In this document: piece after piece, positions 1 through 11,016 of the stretch | Position numbering within the stretch: position 1 is the stretch's first letter | Layout of the letters: each line of letters opens with the position of its first letter | Source: Myxococcota bacterium | GTDB lineage: Bacteria; Myxococcota_A; SURF-8; G963663525 | Length of the DNA stretch: 63,941 bases | Direction of reading: 5' to 3' | Assembly (NCBI GenBank): GCA_963676915.2 | Contig: CAXXVK010000070.1 | Coordinates: forward strand, 1-63,941 | Program-made: the position numbers and the translations under genes | Notes under the pieces: generated by a model | What the model was told of the DNA's origin: nothing | What the model saw: only the letters and a program-made list of their open reading frames with translations | Database searches by the model: none

Positions 1-1
1 G

Positions 2-283
2 ACGCATGAAGTCGGACAAAAAACCGTGAATTACTGGGGGCTTGCCGATACCTGTGGAAACGTGATGGAATGGGTCTGGGACGGCTACCGCTCGGATTAC
101 GAGAACGACATCAGCACCGATCCCGAAGGATACGAGTCGAATAGCAATCGGGTGCGTCGCAGTTCGGATTATGCCGACTATTCCAGGTATTGTCGTTCGG
201 CGTTTCGTACCGGCTATTCACGATTGTATCGTTCGAAAACTCTCGGATTCCGCATTGCCCGGACGACACCAACGACACCGTAA
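2..283 (+). CDS. Formylglycine-generating enzyme (SUMF1/FGE-sulfatase) domain protein, C-terminal part, 5' truncated by window edge
   Basis: Frame is open from position 2: [27 protein letters not shown]...RVRR...CRSAFR...TLGFRIAR, matching the FGE-family pattern N.wGL.Dm.GNV.EW and the terminal GFR motif. Confidence 0.8.
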   Translation, partial: THEVGQKTVNYWGLADTCGNVMEWVWDGYRSDYENDISTDPEGYESNSNRVRRSSDYADYSRYCRSAFRTGYSRLYRSKTLGFRIARTTPTTP

Positions 284-319
284 TGGAGGTTTCCGAAACA
301 TCCCGCCGAAGGCTGTGAT

Positions 320-2626
320 GTGAGCGAAAAACGAACGAAAAACAGCACTTTGAGGAAACTATACCCGATGAAGGGGGAGGCGGTTGTCCCCCCTCGGGTT
401 TTATACGGCTTGGTCGTACTATTCATTCTATGTTTTGGAAGCGGTTCGTTTTTTTCCGTAATCGCTGCCGAATCCGGGGGCGAACAGTCCCCTCCTGACG
501 GTCGCGTCGTTGCGGTTACCGGTGGGTGGGCCGTGCCGGATCTCGGTGCGGATGTTCTCGATACCTATTCGAAAAAACTGGCGAAACTCCTACCCGATGT
601 ATCCGAGCCGGGCGATGTGTCGGCGGATCGCGAGGTTCGTATCGGGCTGAAGACTCCGCACGGTTCGGTCACGCTTGCCATCGGGCCGCCGTCATCTGAA
701 GGGGTCTGCAATGAAACGCATTGCTGCCGTTGGGTTTGGGAAAGCGCCGAGCCGGATTCCTCCCGAGTTACATGGGAAAAGCAAGCTTGCCGAGTTGTGC
801 TGGAAACTCCGATATCCTGGAAATGGATCCAGGTGGCGACGGAGCACGTAGAAGATACGGGACAATGGCAAGGACCGCGACCTTTACCCAAGCAGAGCGT
901 GGAGTCCGTAGGGGATCACTGGACCGCCCATATGATTTACAGAATCAATCTTGTGGTTGATTTTGTCGCGTTGATTTTGTTTCTGGTGGCATTTGCGTGG
1001 GTTCTCAGGCGTTGTGAACGATCTTCAAAAGGAGCAGGAGAGGTCGCCTATCTTCTTGTAGGTATCGGAGTTTTCGCGTTTCTTCTTCGTTGCGGACTGG
1101 GTGTTTGGGCCTACATGCACGATTTCAACCATGGTCCGACCCTGGTATTTAAAATGGCCAACCTGGACGAATTCTGGCGCAAACGTGCCTTATACGGACA
1201 GGTGGTGTTTTTGTTCCATTCTCTGTTTCTATGGATGGGCCTTTTCACCGGAACGCACGGTATTTGCGGTCAATGCGCTCGTGGATGCCTCGGTTGCGCC
1301 GTTGGTGGGATTGATCGCCCGCCGAATCTGGCCGGAATCGCCTTTGACGTGGGTTTTGGCTGCTTTGTGTTTCGCGCTGTTACCCGTGCATATTCGCTGT
1401 GCTTCGAGTGAAATCACCATGGCGGTGCATGGGTTTTTCACTGTGGTGACGCTGTACGCCTTCATTGTGTTGCGACAGGAAAAACGCTTGTCACTGCTGG
1501 CTTTTTTCGCCTTGACATTGTTTCTCGCCGTGCAGACGAGGGAAGACGCCAACTTGCTCGTCGTGGCGGCTGTGGCGGGGTTCTTGATGGTGCGTCCGGC
1601 CTGGGGGCGGTGGCGGGATATTCGAGGCTGGAAATGGATCGTTGCGGGGTTGGGAATCGCCTGGCTCCCCCACTTGGCCTTTTTATGCGTTCATACGTTG
1701 CCGCAGATCGCCGGGCAGCTTGGAGATTCCAACCGTCTGCTGGAGTTCGTGTTCCAGGAACCGCGACGGGGGAACATTCTCAACAACTTGTTTATAGATC
1801 CCAACGTGGCGTTTCCTTTTGTGCCGCTGATGGCTGTATTCGGGTTTTGGGGGTTGCTGCGCCGTGACGTTCGTTTCGGACTTTGGCTCGCGGGAACGTT
1901 GGCCGCAATGGTTGCGCTGGCCAGCCTGAAAACCTATACCGATGTGGATCGGGTGCTGTTTCACGGGCAATATCAATCGGTTCTGGCCTTGCTGGTAGGG
2001 GGAAGCGCCTCCCTGTTCTCTCTCCACATTTTCAAGGCGAGAAAGCGGTTGGCCGTAGCTTTGGCGATGTTGGCTTTGGCTTCGGTTTTGATTCAACCCT
2101 TGTGGGCCAGAGCATGGATCGGAGAAGAACGCCTGTTGCAGAGCGAATACCGCCTGGAGGGGAAAGCGAAACAGGCTGTGGATGAGCCATGCAAAGTTGT
2201 TGCATTTACGGGAAAAGACCTGTCGGATCAAGTCTTTCCGCCGGTAATGGCGTACTTGCCGACTTGGGCGTTGCTGGATCGGCGGATCGTTTCGCTGGAC
2301 GAGTTTTTGGCGCGCAAAGAATCCGAAATCGATTCCGAAGAATGCATCCTGTTCTATCGTTCCTCGGCCTGTTATACGTATTCGTTCGATGAACTGGGGC
2401 TTTCAGAGGCTCAAACGCTCGTGGCGGCTTACGACCGTACGCGGGATTTATATAGAGATCGCGTGGAAGCGATGGAGCGTAACACCTGCCGCGAGATATT
2501 CCAGCGGTACGAAGCGAGTCCCGTTGTCGAGACGACGGTGGAGCGCCCCGACTGGGACGGCGGTAACATCCCCAGAAACGAATTGTGCTGGGATATTACA
2601 GGCTTGGAGCGGAGAAAAAGCCTTGA
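320..2626 (+). CDS. Multi-pass membrane protein, probable GT-C (ArnT/PMT-like) glycosyltransferase; apparent frameshifts near 1240 and 2572
   Basis: ORFs 320-1411 and 1101-2681 join into one polytopic protein (AYMHDFNHG loop, ALCFALLPVHIRCASSE, LAVQTREDA). An alternative frame at the 3' end gives QKRIVLGYYRLGAEKKP* ending at 2626, overlapping the next start. Confidence 0.55.
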
Positions 2627-3745
2627 AAAGCCACAATACACAAAACGCCGAAAAGGGTCGGATTGCCAGCAGTGTTGTTGATGGTGTTTCGGCGGTTTTC
2701 GACGGTTTGGACCTTGTGGTTTCCCGCGCTCTGGGACGGACACCAAAATCCATGCCGCTGTTGTATATCGATCTGCTCCAGCGTTGCAACCTGCGTTGCG
2801 TACCTGCGGGTTCGCGTCGGATTATCCGGTTTCCAGGCAGGAAATGACGACGGAGCAGATTCGGAAAATCCTTGAGGAATCCCGGCAGTTGCACACCCGG
2901 ATCGTCTCGTTCGGTGGTGGGGAGCCGTTCTTGAGGGACGATCTCGTCGAATTGATCGAAATCTGCGAAAACCTCGACTGGCGGCGCACGTCAATACGAA
3001 CGGAACACGCCTGAATGAAGAAACCATTGAAAGGCTAAGGGATTTTCAGCGGTTGACCCTCGTTGTAAGTCTGGATCATCCCGATCCCGAACGGAACGAC
3101 AGCATCCGAGGCCGTGGAGTGTTCGAGCGGGTACGGGACACGGTGGCTCGCCTGCGAGAGCGCGCTCCGAACGTGCATGTGGGAATCAACTGTGTGATCA
3201 GCCGGAAAAACGTTGCATCGTTGGAAGATATGGTGCGGCTGGCCGGTGGCTGGGGCGTCGATTCGATAAAGTTTACGCCATTTCATGACAACTTGAACCA
3301 CCGTTGGCGTGAATACTCCGAAAAATTCAGGCTTTCTTCTCGGGATTTACCGGTGTTGTCGAGACAACTGGAAGCCGTGCCGAGCCTTGCCAAACGCTTC
3401 GGTATGATGACGAATTCCCGCGCATTTCTGGACGGTATCCTGGAATTCGTGGCGGGACGGGCTCCTAAAATTCCCTGTTATGCCGGATATTTGTATGGCA
3501 ACATCGATCCATACGGTTTTCTGTTTCCCTGTTACGATCACCGCGAGCGGCTTGACGTGCTCGAATCGGGTCTTGTCGCTGCCTGGAAAAGTCCCACCAT
3601 GCGGCGAATGCGTCGCCGGGTGCGAACGTGCTCGTCTCATTGCTGGAACACAGGCAACGCCGAGCCGTCGATACGAATGGATCCGATCGTGATGGGGCGA
3701 TATCCAGGACAACTCTGGAAGATCTTCGTTTTTATCTTTTTTTGA
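2623..3745 (+). CDS. Radical SAM protein with C-terminal SPASM/Twitch-like Cys cluster; apparent frameshifts near 2800 and 2977
   Basis: Joined frames give QRCNLRC-x-x-CGF (CxxxCxxC), SFGGGEPFLRDD, AHVNTNGT, VSLDH, then CYAGYLYGNIDPYGFLFPC...CSSHC. The 3' end may also be shifted (alternative stop ~3758). Confidence 0.75.
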
Positions 3746-3792
3746 GCGAAAAAAGGTAAAAAGCGGAACAAATATGGTAAAAATGGACAAAA

Positions 3793-3969
3793 GAGCCTTT
3801 TGCATAAATCAGGATTTTGATGGTTTTTAGAATACCCATGTGTGCCATAGTCTTACGCACGAAGCGTGGAAGGCTGTGTTTTCAATGGTTTGCACAGTCT
3901 CCCGGACCTTCCGGTTCGTGAGGCTATGGTACCCTGAAGATTTGTCTTCGGGATTTATGCAAGAGGCTC
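3793..3969. mobile_element. MITE-like non-autonomous element, copy 1 (177 bp)
   Basis: Terminal inverted repeats GAGCCTTTTGCATAAATC (3793-3810) and GATTTATGCAAGAGGCTC (3952-3969) match at 17/18. AAAA flanks both sides. A related shorter copy lies at ~55609-55709. Confidence 0.7.
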
Positions 3970-4233
3970 AAAATACAATGAATCGACAGAGCACGTTTTT
4001 TTTAACAATGAAATTTCAGGATATTCGAAGAGGTTGAGATCGTTTTTCTAAAATAAAATGGGGGTTGGCATGAAGTGCATACACAACAAAAACTGTACAA
4101 ACTATTGCTAATTGGTGGCAGATTGGTTAACATTGTTTTCCAAATCTGCATCAGTGAACGATCCACGTTTGTCTTTTAGGGTTTTTGCGGAAGGATTGAT
4201 GCCGCGAAACTGGCAACCATTCAGGAGCTACCG

Positions 4234-4895
4234 ATGGCCAGAACAGTTGTATTTTTTCTTTTCATGATCGTAACGCTAACCTTTGCACCGATCATGGCAC
4301 AGGCGGAAACCGCAGCGAAATCGGCTGCACCGGCGGGCGAGAAAGCGCAGGCGGATTCGCAAAAACAGTACGACGTGAAAATCAAACAGCTCGAAGAGAA
4401 CATCTCCCAGCTGAAAGAGAAAATCTTTCGATCCAAGGCTCGTTTGCTGGTTCTCCAGGAAACGATCCTGAAGGGAGTCATCGCCGGCGCCAAGGCCGTG
4501 GTGGTTCACGAGGATCAACTCGGGGGGTTGTATTACCTCGAATCCGTCGCGTACTACCTGGATGGCAACCCATCTTCGGGCGTACGAACGAAAACGGTGA
4601 ACTCAAGCCGGGGACGGATCTCCAGGTCTACGACGGCAACGTCAACCCCGGTAACCATATGTTGACCGTGTACATGGTTTACCGTGGTCAGTCTTCCGTG
4701 TTTTCGTACATCGAAGGCATCAAGGTGAAGCTGAAAGCGAATTACGTCTTCAAGGCGGAAGAAGGCAAAGTGACCCGCGTGGACGTGAAAGGATTCGACA
4801 AAGGCGGCGTGACGGCGCAGTTCGAAAAACGGCCGGGCGTCAAGTTCGATTCCAACTATCTCGACTTCACGGAAATCGGCACGACCGCCAACTGA
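4234..4895 (+). CDS. Secreted coiled-coil plus beta-rich protein leading the Glt-like cluster; apparent frameshift near 4570
   Basis: Signal peptide (..PIMAQA) and IKQLEENISQLKEKIFRSKARLLVLQETIL. Restoring one base at ggcaacccatc joins ORF 4234-4665 to ORF 4659-4895 (GNPIFGRTNENGELK...NHMLTVYMVYRG). Confidence 0.65.
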
Positions 4896-4969
4896 GTCGA
4901 AGCGGTCGAACGTCCGGGTGTCTATCTCTGGAGTGAACCCTCGATGGGAGAAGCGTTTTGCGTAGCCTA

Positions 4970-7295
4970 ATGAAATTGACCGTTTTTCTTACGGTTTCGG
5001 TCCTTCTAGCGGGGACTGTCGGCGCCGCCGAGCCGTCGAAGGAGAAAAAAGAAATCCTCCGGAAGCTCGATGTGATCGAAGCCGACCTCGCCGGTGTGGA
5101 AGAGGAAATCAACATCAATCAAGGTCGTTACGTACGGACTATCGCTCGCCCGGAAGGCGAACATTTCGAGGCGCGGTACGAATCGGCGAAATTCCACTAT
5201 ACCGAAGAAGACTATGCCACAGCCGCCATTATCTTTAACGACCTGATCGAGTTCGAGAACGTCAAAGAACGTCCTGAATACCATGAAGTCCGGTACCTTC
5301 TGGGGGATTGCCTGTTTCGGAATCGCAATTTCGCCTTGGCTGTGCCGCACTTGATGAAGACCGTTGCCGAAGACGAACCCGGCGAACGGCGGCAACTGGC
5401 GATTTTGAAGCTCGTAGACTGCTTTGTGAACCTGCGGCAATTCGAAAATGCCCAGAAATATTACGAAATGTTGAAAGGTGGAGGCGCGGGAAAAGATTTT
5501 TCCGAAATCCAGTTCGATTACGCTCGTGCCCTTTACAATCTCGGACAGTGGGATCGGGCGTTCAAGGTGTTTTCCAACGTTCCCGACGATGGAACCTATC
5601 GCTGGCAGGCCGAATATCACTTGGGTACGATCAAAGTTCAGCAAGCAAAGGCATTGATCGTTCAGCGAAATGAGGATGAAGCGTCCTCGTTGCTGATGGA
5701 AGCCATGATAATGTTCGATTCATTATTGGATCGTACGCCTGTTTCGAAGGAACAGCGCCTCATTCGGGAGCTGGCGATACTTGCCGGAGCGCGAATCCGC
5801 GTGCAACTGGAACTGCTCGACGATGCCATGTCGATGTACCGTCGAATCGATTCGCGTTCCCCGTTTTTCGATCAAGCGTTGTATGAAATCGCCTGGGTGT
5901 TGTTGAAACAGGATAAATTGCAGGAAGCCGAAAACGTCATCGAAGTGCTGTTGGTGACGGTTCCCGGAAGTATTTTCGTTCCCGAAGCGCACCTATTGAA
6001 GGCCAATATCCTGATGCGACGGGAAGAGTATTCCGAAGCGGAGTTGCAGTTCAAATCCATTATCGACCGCTATTTGGGTACGGTGGAAACGCTGGATCTG
6101 ATGGTTGCCCAGTCCAAAGGGCAGTCGTCTGAAAAAATCCTGCAAATCCAAGCCTCGAAAAAGGGTGAGCTTTCCGTGACCGCCATGAACTGGCTGGGAC
6201 ATCGGACGAGTGTAGACCGCGCCGTTCGTTTGCAGGCGTTGATCGAGGAGGGGTACAAGGATACACAGCATTCTCAGCGTGTGATGGATGCTTTGGCTGT
6301 GCACTTGAATCAGAAAACAAGGCCAACATCTTTTCGAACCAACGTGAAGGTCGTGAAAAGGGCAAAGACGTGGAACATCGTCTTACCGGACTGGATCGTG
6401 ACCTGTTGGACCTCACCGCGCTTGTTGCCGGAGCGAGGGATGAAAAGAAACTGCAGAAAGCTCGCGAAAATCGTAAAGAACTCGAAGCGAAATACGCCGC
6501 CGTCCGAAAACCGAGAAGGAACGCAGCAAACGACGTATGAACAACCTGCTTCGGCTCGACAATCTGCGGCGCTCGGCCGACGGTCTCGAAAAGAGATCGT
6601 CAACAACATGGACCCCGTGATCGAAGACGTGCGGCGTCGTTATCTCTTCTGGAAGAATCACCCGGATGCTTCCCCGAGAAGCTTGCTGCCATCGAAAAAG
6701 AGTTGAACGACCTGAGAACCCAGAGAAACGAAGCGTTTAAAGCGACACGCACGTCTCTGAAGAAGTCAGCAAGCAACGGGAAATTACCAAGATCGGCGAT
6801 CAGGCTGAAAGCGAAGACGATAAAATTCGCAAGGATCTTGAAAAAGCTATCGAAGAAGAAAAGCGCCTTTTCGCGGCTCTTCCGGCAGGAGGAGCAACGG
6901 GGGAGATGATCGATCGTCTCAAGGAGCAGCGCAAACGTTTGGATCAGGCTAAAGAAGACAACAAAAAGTATCTGGCCGATCTGGAAGCGCTGGTCGCCGA
7001 ACAGGCGGCTTACCTGGCCGATCGTGTCGGTAGGGAAGCGAAGATTCTGCAGGAATATTACGGGGATGTGGTCAAATATAGAGAATTGGCCAGAGAACTG
7101 GCTGCGGAAGTGGCATTCGATAATCTACTTCACGTACGCAACATGTTCCATGAAATCGTGTTGCGGGCCGATGTGGGAAATGTGGATATCGCCTGGGAAA
7201 AACGGGACCGCCTGAGAGCGAAAATAGACCAATTGCTCAATCAGCGGACTCAGGAACAACAAGTTCTGGACCGGGCTTTTGCAACAGGGCACTAG
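4970..7295 (+). CDS. Secreted TPR/coiled-coil protein (GltC-like position); several apparent frameshifts between ~6320 and ~6905
   Basis: Signal peptide MKLTVFLTVSVLLAGTVGAA and TPR helices (RYLLGDCLFR, FDYARALYNLG, QALYEIAWVLLK). The C-terminal fragment 6906-7295 contains VLRADVGNVDIAWEKRD. Confidence 0.65.
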
Positions 7296-7306
7296 CGGGG
7301 CTTGCG

Positions 7307-10300
7307 ATGAAACAAGGCGGCTTTACGTCGAATTCGACACGAATTTTTACAATTGTTCTGATTTGTTGGCTTGCTGTCGGCACCGCTTTCGCTCAGGGGA
7401 ACCTGGGAGAAACTGCCGCAGATGACGCACTGCTGAAGTCCGTCGTCAAGAAAAGTCGACGGGTTCAGGCCGAACCGACCCAAGAGGATTTCGCTCAGGT
7501 CGAGGACGTCAAAAAACGTTTTGCCGAGCATGGAAAATCGTTTTACGAAGACATCCAAACCCGCATTCAAAACGAATATGATCGCAAAAAGAAAGAACTC
7601 GAAGAGCGATACGATCGTGAAGTCGAACTGCTCGAAACCAAGGAAATCGATGCCATTCTGGCGACCATCGAGCAGATCAAGAAGTTTCTCAAACGCTATC
7701 CCAACGAACCGAAATTCACGCCGGACGCTCTGTTCCGGTTGGCCGAACTATATTACCTGAAATCGAAAAAAGAATACGATCTCGACCGTCAAGGGGCGAT
7801 TACACGCTACGAGCAGTCGCTGAGGGACTACGACAACGCCTTGGAAGAATACGACAAGGCGATGAACCGGTGGTTCGACGAAGGTGGAAAAGGCCCGGAG
7901 CCGCAGCCGCCTGCCCCGAGCCTGCTCCGCCCGGCCCTGATTTTACGAAAAGTCTTGCCCTGTACGACTTGATTATTAAAAAATTCAAAGATTACCGTTA
8001 CATAGATGTTGTTTACTATCTGAAAGCTTTTGCCCATCAGGAGCGCGAGGAAACCGAGCAGGTGCGCTTGGCGATGAAAGCGCTGATCAAGGCACGACCG
8101 GACAGCCGCTATGTCGGTGAAGCCAACTTGCGTATCGGTGAAGCGTTTTTTTGCGGATTTCCAATACAAAGAAGCTTTAAAATATTTCAAAAATGCTCGG
8201 GAAATCGACGATCCCACGTTGCGTGACCAGGTTTTATACAAGCTGGCCAGCGCCTATTTCATTATCGGCGATTACGACAACGCGATCAAAACCTTCGGCG
8301 ATCTCAACGATTACTCCGAAGTCATGAACGAAGATCCCGAGTACTTGCGGCATTCCTATTTCCGGGAAGAGTCGATCAAGTACATTGCCTATTGCTACCA
8401 GCAAGGCAAAGGATATTGGAAAAAATCCGGTATTCGCAACGCGATCCGTTATTTCGACAAGCTTGGTCCCAAGCCTTGGGTCGGTGAAGTTTTCAAGGCT
8501 TTGGGCGATTACTACAAAAACACCACGCGCTGGGATGATGCCGTTGCCGCCTATCGGCAGGCGATCAAACGAGATCCCTGGAACCCTGGAAATCCGCAGA
8601 TCCAGGACCAGGTCATTCAGATGTATTTCCAGAAGAGCGACGAAAAAGGCCAGGCGCGGGAACGTCAGTTGCTGGCCGAGAGCTATTCTCCCTCCAGCGA
8701 GTGGGCCAAAAACAACGTAATGAATCCCGAAGCCGTGCAGGCGGCGCGGGAACTCGTGCAGGAATCGCTTAAAAATTCGGCGATGTACCAGCACTCTCAG
8801 GCGCAGATCGTTCGTGCCCAGGCCAAGGAAGCCACCGACGAAGGAGAAGAGGCGCGCCTGATGAGAGAAGCCAACGCTCTGTATCTCAAAGCGGCTTCAT
8901 TGTATTACGATTACCTTGTCAACTATCCCAACGATAACGATTACTACGAACTACGCTATTTGATGGCGGATGCCTACTTCTACGCCGGAAAGTATCGGGA
9001 GTCGATTCAGGAATACAAGGTCGTTCGGGACAGCAAGTTGTCGCGAGAGCATTTTGAAGATGCCGTGTTCGGTATTCTGATGGCCTACGACAATCTGATT
9101 GCGATGAAAAGCAAGACCGGACAACTGGAGGCAACGAAGGAAGAAGAAGAACAAGCTTCCAAGGACGTGCGAGAAGGAAAAATCACCGAAACGCCGTTCA
9201 ATGAAGACGAACAAGGTTACATCGATGCGGCGGACTACTATGCGATCCATGGAAAACCCGGTCAGGACAAGCACATCGATGAATTTGCCTACAATACCGC
9301 GTTTATGTATTTCGAGCACAAAAAGCTTGAAGAAGCACGTCGGCGCTTTGTCGAGTTCGTCGAAAAATTCCCCAAATCGCCACGGGCCGGTGATGCTGCC
9401 CGGAAGATCGTGGATACCTACATTCTTGTTCGCGATTGGGTGAAGGTGCAGGAATGGTCCCAGAAGCTGAGCGATCTAGAACTTGGCGAGGGCGACGAGA
9501 AACGCGAGCGCGTGCGCGGCGAGATGCAAAAAGTCCTGTCGCTGGCCATTGCCAAAAACGCCCAGGTCTTGCAGGAGCAAGGGAAATATCTCGAAGCCGC
9601 CGAAGCTTACTTGCGGGTGGTGGATCGTCAGAAGGACGATAAAGAAATCGCGGCGGCGGCCTTGTACAATGCAGCGATCATGTATGCCAAGGCCGATTCC
9701 CCGGCGAAGGCGATGGAGCTTTACAAGCGGATGGTGAAAGAATTTCCCGATGCTCCGTACGCGGCGACGGCACAATTCAACCTCGCCGATGCTGCCTATT
9801 CCAGTTACAACCTCGACGAAGCGGCGGTGGCTTTCCAGCGCTTGTACACCAAGTACCCCGTCAAAAAGGATGATCCTGACCGCGAAACCAATCTGAAGCG
9901 TAACTGCAACGCTCGGTATCTACATGCGGAGTTGATGGAATTCAATCACAAGTATTCCAAGGCGGCGGCGTTGTATGAAACCTATGTTGCCAAATGCGGC
10001 GATATGATGGAAGACGGCGCGGAAGTGCTGTTGAAGGCCGCCAAGCTGTATTCCAAGCTTGGCGATACCAAGCGGACCGACAGGATTTACAAGAAGTTCG
10101 TTTCCAAGTACAGCCGGGATAAAAAACAGCATCGCTGGGTGGTAGATGCCTATCGTCGCATGGGTGACATGTACTGGAAACGCAAGAAAACGACCGAGGC
10201 GAAAAAGTATTACAGCAAGGCGATCGAGTTTTTCCACGATCATCACCAACTGGCTGTAGATCCGCTGGCCAACGAGGCAGCGGCGGCATCCGAGTGGGTC

Positions 10301-10945
10301 TTTTTGGAGAAGGAATTCGACCGCTTCAAAGCGTACAAGATCCGCGCCAAACGGCAAGACAAGTTGATGAAAGAGTTCGAGACGAAGAGCAAAATGGCGT
10401 TGGAAATGGTGGATCGATACAAAACCATCTTCCAATACAAGTCGCCCGAACATATTCTCGCCGCGAAATTCCGTAGCGGTTTATGTCTCGAACTGTACGG
10501 AAATGCTCTTTTCGATGCTCCGGTTCCCCGCGACGTGGAACGCATGGGCGATGAAGCGATCTTCATTTATCAGGATCTGCTCAACGAAAAGACGCGACCG
10601 ATCTACAACAGCGCCACTCAACAATATATGGCGACCCTGGAAGAAGCTCAGAAAGCGAAACTGTACGATTCAGTGTGGATGAAACGCCTGATCGAAGCGC
10701 TCAACCGGCCGAATCTCCAGGAGTTCGTGACAGGCGAGTTCAAAGCGCGCAAGCAGGAAAAGAGTTCGTTCAGAGAAACTGTAATGGTGCCCCTGCGGAT
10801 GGATAACGGTAAGGAAGTCGTTCCGGCTTCTGCGCAGGAATCGGAACCGGAAGCCGAGTCCGCCGAACCCGGTGAAACAGAAGCTGTGGAAACCGAAGCG
10901 GTGGAGGGGGGCGAAGTCGCCGCCGCAAGCGAGAGCAGGGGTTGA
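7307..10945 (+). CDS. Large secreted TPR protein, GltD/AgmU-like; apparent frameshifts near 7920 and 8150
   Basis: Signal peptide, FLKRYPNEPKFTPDALFRLAELYY, and many TPRs (DQVLYKLASAYF, ALYNAAIMYAK, AQFNLADAAY). ORFs 7307-7972, 7870-8226 and 8111-10945 join into ~1200 aa. Confidence 0.7.
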
Positions 10946-11016
10946 TGATGACGGGTAGGAATCAGATGCAAGACTGCCGTTTGCGTTGGGTCATTTCCCG
11001 GTCTCGGGGTTGTACG

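Noticed and set aside
4060-4130. Sigma54 promoter upstream of the Glt-like cluster (TTGGCATGAAGTGCA)
   Set aside because: The GG-to-GC spacing is 8 nt rather than the required 10.
320-8230. Programmed ribosomal frameshifting or phase variation
   Set aside because: The breaks are too many, scattered over unrelated genes, and lack consistent slippery sites or long repeat tracts.
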